A DNA stretch of 64,000 bases from Carcharhinus longimanus. Its lineage: Eukaryota. The notes under the pieces were generated by a model that saw nothing but the letters and a program-made list of their open reading frames with translations, was not told the origin of the DNA and made no database searches. Positions 63,176 through 64,000 of the stretch are shown here, piece by piece (the first letter of the stretch is position 1; the number at the start of each line of letters is the position of its first letter). Location: NCBI GenBank assembly GCA_030264375.1, contig JASCQW010000072.1, forward strand, positions 44,619,265-44,683,264, written 5' to 3'. A program made the position numbers and the translations under genes.

Positions 63176-63217
63176 AATAAAATGCTGCTACTGGTTATTC
63201 ACGAGTATTTTAATAAA
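63176..63217 (+). terminator. Polyadenylation signals for the death-domain gene
   Basis: AATAAA at 63176-63181 and 63212-63217, about 270-300 nt after the stop. Confidence 0.55.
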
Positions 63218-64000
63218 ATTATTTTAGATTGTTCAAAAGAGCAGCATTCTTCTGCATTAGATTCAACATGACTGGATGGAATTCTGATAACAAGGACCTA
63301 CTTCACAAAGGCCTGTTGTTTTGAGCCTGTTTGATGTTTTATTGGAAAGCTCTATCAGAGAGACCTGCTGATGTTGCACGAGAAAGAACACTTAGTTTTG
63401 CAACTGGTGAGACAGAGCTTCATCGTCCGCCTGCCCATCACGAAACTCATTTCGAATTTGTTTCAGCAGGCAGGCATGCCGAGCAGTGTTTCCTTGTTAG
63501 GACCCTGATTTCCGTCAAAGGGTCAGCAGGCAGGAGTGGTGGTCAGGGTCTGTGTACACGATGAAAGACCCATCAGACAGCAAAGACTGGTGGCGTAACA
63601 AACAGTGAGTGGTTTCTCAGTCTCTCAAAGGAGCAACTCAGAGGGGAAGGGGTGATTGAACCAGCCTGAGCTGTTGTACTGGAGGGAAGCTGCAACCTGA
63701 ACGCTGTGTGGAATGGAGAGGGGGTGGAAACACACAGTGAGTGGGGCTCACTCCATGTTGCCAACACTGGTGTACTGACTGAGCGAACATGACACAGCAT
63801 GACCATGTTTTTGGACACCAAATTGGGGGGGAGGGGAAACACAATGTAAAGCAGAGGAGGCAGCTGGGACATGTGGCTTTCTGCAGTATTATATGTGTAG
63901 CAGCTAATATTTCCAACAGTTACACATAGCGTTAGTACTGATGTGACCATGACACTGTTGAACCCCAGTTAACCTGGATTTGTAAACAGCACAACAATTT

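Overview
Vertebrate genomic DNA, almost certainly from a shark or other cartilaginous fish judging by the SINE/CR1/Penelope repertoire, with several N gaps. One complete protein-coding gene is visible: FEZF1 on the minus strand (4 coding exons, 30214 to 27463, 444 aa, Eh1 motif plus six C2H2 fingers). Its first intron has a non-canonical GC donor, and it sits in a CpG-rich, TE-poor domain with probable conserved enhancers. At the right end (62628-62911, + strand) is an intact terminal exon encoding a TNF-receptor-type death domain. I could not confidently locate its upstream exons, but the interval carries a perfect two-half-site p53 element plus NF-kB and IRF motifs. The rest is layered repeats: a decayed Mag-type Gypsy element with nested insertions, two-gene PIF/Harbinger remnants and their MITEs, CR1-type LINEs, several SINE families, a solo LTR, minisatellites, Penelope-like fragments with minimal hammerhead ribozyme motifs, and a 1.44-kb imperfect palindrome. 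Repeat boundaries are approximate (read by eye). FEZF1 and death-domain exon boundaries were checked base by base.
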